Below, one piece after another: positions 36,773 through 40,526 of a stretch of DNA of 40,526 nt. This DNA comes from Candidatus Hadarchaeum sp. GTDB lineage: Archaea > Hadarchaeota > Hadarchaeia > Hadarchaeales > Hadarchaeaceae. The DNA is taken from NCBI RefSeq assembly GCF_049969415.1, contig NZ_JBMFOX010000009.1, positions 1 through 40,526 on the forward strand, read 5' to 3'. The position numbers and the translations under genes were made by a program. The first letter of the stretch is position 1. Each line of letters begins with the position of its first letter. The notes beneath the pieces were generated by a model. The model was not told the DNA's origin. It worked only from the letters and a program-made list of their open reading frames with translations, and did no database searches.

Positions 36773-38545
36773 TTCTGGCAGAGCGGTCTTCGGTCCCGCT
36801 GAAATAATCGATTCCATCACCCGCGCAAATACCGGCCTAGTCAAAATTATGGCAATTACCAATCCTGCCGCGGCGGCAATTGCAAAAATTCGAAGGGGAC
36901 CGAACCCTGCCAGAGCTATCAAAATCGAGACTAAGACAACGGTGAGAGAGGCCAAATAGGATATCGCCAATGCCCTAGATGTTCTCCAGCCAACGCTTAC
37001 CTTTTCCTGAGGCTGGGCTCCCTTCAGTAGCTCATTTGTTATAATTATGTGCTGGTTCAGGCCGGAAAGAACCACCAGCAGAAGCCCAGAGGCGGCGGGT
37101 AAACCCAGCGGCAGCCCTAAAACCGAGATCCCTGCAAGCGTTAGCAGCGCGTCGACGAACAGGAAGGCAATGACCGCGATGGCCACCTTAATGCGGGAGA
37201 AGGCAAAATAAAGGAGAACAAAAATGCACAAAACTGCAACACCGGCTACAATCATCAGACCTTCTTTGAAGCCCGATCCAAAGGGAGAAGAAAACTTTGC
37301 TTCTTGGACGAAAGCTATGGGCAAATCAAGCTGGTAAACCAGAGCCCTCTGCAAGTTCTGCGCTTTGACCAATGCCTGCGCCTGCGTCTTGGCCACAATA
37401 GGGATGGTAAGATCGCTGGTCACGCCACCGGCCGCCATCGTCTGGGTGACGACGGGCGCCGACTGAACCCCGCAGGCCCGAAGCACCCATTCATCGACGG
37501 TTTCGCCCTCGCGTCGAGAAAGTGTTTCAATACTGTAATGGGCCGAAAGCCACTCAATTACCTCTGGTGAAAAATCATCTTTGGAACCCAATAAAATAAC
37601 TCGCGCCCTGTCGCCAACATGGTCCGAAAGATAGGTCTTAACCAAGTTCGGAATATCATCCCTTAAAATCGGAACGGCCGACACCAAGATGTGGTAGGCG
37701 GACTCCGCAATTCCCGTTTCCCGGGTCACATAAAATTCCTGAGAGGATTCATCATAAAATATACTGCTGGCATCCCTCAGGATGCCGTTCTCAAATATTA
37801 CAATCGCATCGGTGGGGCGGTCTAGGTAAATGACAATGGGGTGATTGGCTTTCCCGCTGCAGGCCTGTTTCAGCGTCTCGGTGCCGATATCGGTCAAGGT
37901 GATGGGAACGTAGGCCAGAGCCTCTGCAGAAATCGGGGCTGCCAAACCCAGAATCTCGTCGTTGCTCAGGACCAATTGGTTGTCTAAGAACATCTCTAGC
38001 TTCCCCTGGACGCCCAATAAATCTCTGGCGCGGTTTGGGTCCACCCCTGAGGCCTCAAAGAGTATGGATGCAGCACCGTACGACCTTAGCCTTACGTCAA
38101 GCAGCTGATACGGGTCCACGCGCGACCTTAGTAAGTTGATCGCTTGATCCAGTTCATTTTCTTCCACATACGTCTCAACATCGATAACGGTGGCTATTTC
38201 GCCAACCGCCTTTTGCAACATCAGCTCCGTCAGCCTGCCGTGGACATCAAAAACCGCCTTTTCGCTGTTGGGGTTATAGCTGATCAGCCTAGTCTCAGCC
38301 CCCAGCAAGGATTCGATCGAGGCGGTGGTGTAACTTATGAGGTTTTCCCCCGCGGAACCATACTGGAGGGTGACACGGTAGGATTGTAACTCGAAAACCA
38401 TCTGGGTACCGCCAGCAAAATCTGAACCTATCTTGACCCCCCGGATAGTCGGCTCAAGTCCTGACCAAGGCTGCCATATGATCAGGATGGAGAGGACCAG
38501 CACCAGCAGCAACAGTTTGGCACGGCGGGACTTAAATGCTGACAT
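36743..38545 (-). CDS. secD: protein-export membrane protein SecD (divergent)
   Basis: G.D..GGT after TM1, L..RVDP, G.QGKLE, a large extracellular domain, five C-terminal TM helices and ILTRP.F. Confidence 0.85.
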   Translation of the reverse strand: MSAFKSRRAKLLLLVLVLSILIIWQPWSGLEPTIRGVKIGSDFAGGTQMVFELQSYRVTLQYGSAGENLISYTTASIESLLGAETRLISYNPNSEKAVFDVHGRLTELMLQKAVGEIATVIDVETYVEENELDQAINLLRSRVDPYQLLDVRLRSYGAASILFEASGVDPNRARDLLGVQGKLEMFLDNQLVLSNDEILGLAAPISAEALAYVPITLTDIGTETLKQACSGKANHPIVIYLDRPTDAIVIFENGILRDASSIFYDESSQEFYVTRETGIAESAYHILVSAVPILRDDIPNLVKTYLSDHVGDRARVILLGSKDDFSPEVIEWLSAHYSIETLSRREGETVDEWVLRACGVQSAPVVTQTMAAGGVTSDLTIPIVAKTQAQALVKAQNLQRALVYQLDLPIAFVQEAKFSSPFGSGFKEGLMIVAGVAVLCIFVLLYFAFSRIKVAIAVIAFLFVDALLTLAGISVLGLPLGLPAASGLLLVVLSGLNQHIIITNELLKGAQPQEKVSVGWRTSRALAISYLASLTVVLVSILIALAGFGPLRIFAIAAAAGLVIAIILTRPVFARVMESIISAGPKTALPELAKPEQKQQ

Positions 38546-39398
38546 GATAACTCACGACCTTTTTGTGTTCAAGGTGTCGCAGGTAGAGGGCGGCACCCAG
38601 GAACCAAGTGTTGAGGAGATTCACGGCTATCCCAAAAGTTAGGGCCAGCGCGAACTCCCAGACCGCATTTACCGGTATGATAAAGCTAGCGCTCAGACAG
38701 ACCACGATGGCGATGGCGCTCAAAACCAAGACCGCCTTCATCGCTTCACCAAGATTTTCCTTTGGGTTACCCACGGCTCCTTTCAAAAGCCTGAAGGCGA
38801 GAAGAACATTGACATCCACGACGTAAACAATAGTTACCAAAATTCCAAAAATCGAGGCCAGATTTAAGGGAACTTTGAACAGCGACATCAGGCCTAGGGT
38901 ACCGACCACATCTAGAACCGCGACAATTATTGTTGTCGTGGCGGCTACGCGAAGCCTGAAGATGAAAAGCACAATTTGAATGACGGCCAAAGCCCCGAGC
39001 CCGAGATAGATAAGTTGGAAACATTGCGCACTGCTAACAACTGGGCCCAACTCACCGACCGTAATTGAGTCACTTGAAAAGCCAAAAGTGCTGGAAAGCA
39101 TCACCGTAATCTCATTTCCCACCTCACCACTTAACTTATTTATCTCAATATCCAACCCATTACTGGTAACATGGACAATCGCCTCCAAACCTGTCAGTTT
39201 CTCAATCTGAGATCTAACTTGATCAACATCGGGAGCCTTTTCAACTCCGCGGACCATGATCAAGGTTCCACCCTGCAAGTCCCTACCTAGGGGCAAACCA
39301 AAAATCAGGGAAACTGCTAGCAAGACGACTGAAACTATCAGCGGTATCGCCAGCATATTTCTGCGCTTCAGGCGCTGCGGTGGCCAAGTCAGTCCCAT
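38532..39398 (-). CDS. secF: protein-export membrane protein SecF (divergent)
   Basis: LG.DLQGGT, LGP..S, VD..VLL..R.LK and NTW. ATG 39398 has a GGAG SD and the gene lies upstream of secD. Confidence 0.85.
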   Translation of the reverse strand: MGLTWPPQRLKRRNMLAIPLIVSVVLLAVSLIFGLPLGRDLQGGTLIMVRGVEKAPDVDQVRSQIEKLTGLEAIVHVTSNGLDIEINKLSGEVGNEITVMLSSTFGFSSDSITVGELGPVVSSAQCFQLIYLGLGALAVIQIVLFIFRLRVAATTTIIVAVLDVVGTLGLMSLFKVPLNLASIFGILVTIVYVVDVNVLLAFRLLKGAVGNPKENLGEAMKAVLVLSAIAIVVCLSASFIIPVNAVWEFALALTFGIAVNLLNTWFLGAALYLRHLEHKKVVSYHVSI

Positions 39399-39570
39399 AG
39401 TACTCCTCCCTATCTTTAGACGCAGGGTATATAATGACTTATCACCATCCTTTTCGCCCGATCTGTATTCGCCGGCGCTGGGGGCTAATTTTAAATCAAA
39501 ACGCGGGTTCAAAAATAGAATTAAACTCGCAGAGCTTTAAAAGAAGGTTGATAGATTAACACTTGGTTCT

Positions 39571-40380
39571 ATGGAAGTGGAGAGAATACCCATCGAAAGA
39601 CTGCCGGGGATAGCCCAGATACAAAGGCTGTTGATGAAATATTACGAGCGTAAGCTGTTTGCCGAGGTGGCCAGCTCGGAGAAGATACCGAAACACATAG
39701 CGATAATCCTCGACGGCAACCGCAGGTATGCGGAACAGATGGGTATGGACCGATTTTATGGCCATGTCCTGGGTGCCAAAAAGCTTGAGGAGGTTATTGG
39801 CTGGTGCCAGGAGCTTGGCATCAAACACGTCACCGTTTACGCGTTTTCCACGGAGAACTTCAAGCGCGACGAAGAGGAGGTCAAAAAACTCATGGACCTG
39901 CTGGCCCAAAAGTTTAAAGAGGTGGCTAGGGATCCGCGCGTTCACAAATACAAAATTCGCATCAAGGCTATTGGTGATTTGAAAATGTTGCCCGAGCAGG
40001 TTCAAAGGGCCATTGACGAGGCCCAAGCGGCAACGGGGGGTTACAATGGGCACACGCTTAACATCGCGGTTGGTTATGGTGGCAGGGCCGAGTTGGCAGA
40101 CGCGGTGCGCAAAATTTGCGAGAAAATAAAAAACGGCGAAATAACTCCAAAAGATGTCGACGAGAATATGATTAACAACCATTTGTATACGGCCGGTTTG
40201 CCTGATCCCGACCTCATCATCAGGACGAGCGGCGAGGAACGGCTGAGCGGCTTTCTCATTTGGCAATCGGCCTACAGTGAGCTGTATTTCTGCGAGGCAA
40301 ACTGGCCCGCCTTCAGCAAGATAGATTTTCTCAGGGCCATTCGCAACTATCAGAGCCGAGAGCGGCGCTTTGGAAAGTGA
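39571..40380 (+). CDS. uppS: cis-prenyltransferase (polyprenyl diphosphate synthase)
   Basis: PKHIAIILDGNRR, YAFSTENF.R, YGGRAE, DLIIRTSGE.RLSGFL.WQ and a C-terminal RRFG. Confidence 0.96.
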   Translation: MEVERIPIERLPGIAQIQRLLMKYYERKLFAEVASSEKIPKHIAIILDGNRRYAEQMGMDRFYGHVLGAKKLEEVIGWCQELGIKHVTVYAFSTENFKRDEEEVKKLMDLLAQKFKEVARDPRVHKYKIRIKAIGDLKMLPEQVQRAIDEAQAATGGYNGHTLNIAVGYGGRAELADAVRKICEKIKNGEITPKDVDENMINNHLYTAGLPDPDLIIRTSGEERLSGFLIWQSAYSELYFCEANWPAFSKIDFLRAIRNYQSRERRFGK

Positions 40381-40526
40381 TTGAAAAGTCTCGTGAACTG
40401 TGGCTTTTTTAAATTAAAATTAGCGTATCTATAAAGCCCACCGACTATTTAAAGATCCAAATTTCTATGTTTCAAGCCATTTTGACGCGTTTTATCGCAT
40501 TTTTCTAAACAGGCTAACCATCAGAA

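Noticed and set aside
1-40526. CRISPR array, rRNA genes, inteins in AtpA/AtpB/TFB, and the many short antisense or overlapping ORFs
   Set aside because: No regularly spaced repeats or rRNA-like tracts were seen. The proteins have normal lengths, and the shadow ORFs lack motifs and overlap well-supported genes.

Overview
Archaeal chromosomal window, judged from TFB, Gar1, TiaS, an A1Ao ATP synthase, EndA and an intron-containing tRNA. The gene style suggests an anaerobic Hadarchaeota-like lineage, which is an unverified impression. Bases 1-10.9 kb are an accessory methyl-transfer locus: two corrinoid proteins (one cut by the window edge), a non-pyrrolysine MttB-family methyltransferase, an orphan LivJ-type solute-binding protein and two stand-alone acetylene-hydratase-like Mo/W-bisPGD enzymes. 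Three mobile elements hit this locus: two different IS630 elements, both at TTAA and one in each Mo/W gene, plus a 320-bp ISH1-like MITE. Two of these unrelated elements share a covarying 5'-leader hairpin. Bases 11-19 kb are housekeeping genes (M42 peptidase, PAC2, MBL hydrolase, argS, tiaS, gar1, tfb). Bases 19-25 kb hold a decayed LAGLIDADG-wHTH gene, a GNAT, tRNA-Pro(TGG) with an intron, a tautomerase, an MFS transporter, a pentameric ligand-gated ion channel and a radical SAM/SPASM enzyme (possible GMGT synthase). Bases 25-40.5 kb hold endA, trpS, a probable box C/D guide RNA for tRNA-Leu(CAA) C34, an ATP synthase split into divergent AB and HIKECFD units, DUF61, divergent secDF and uppS.
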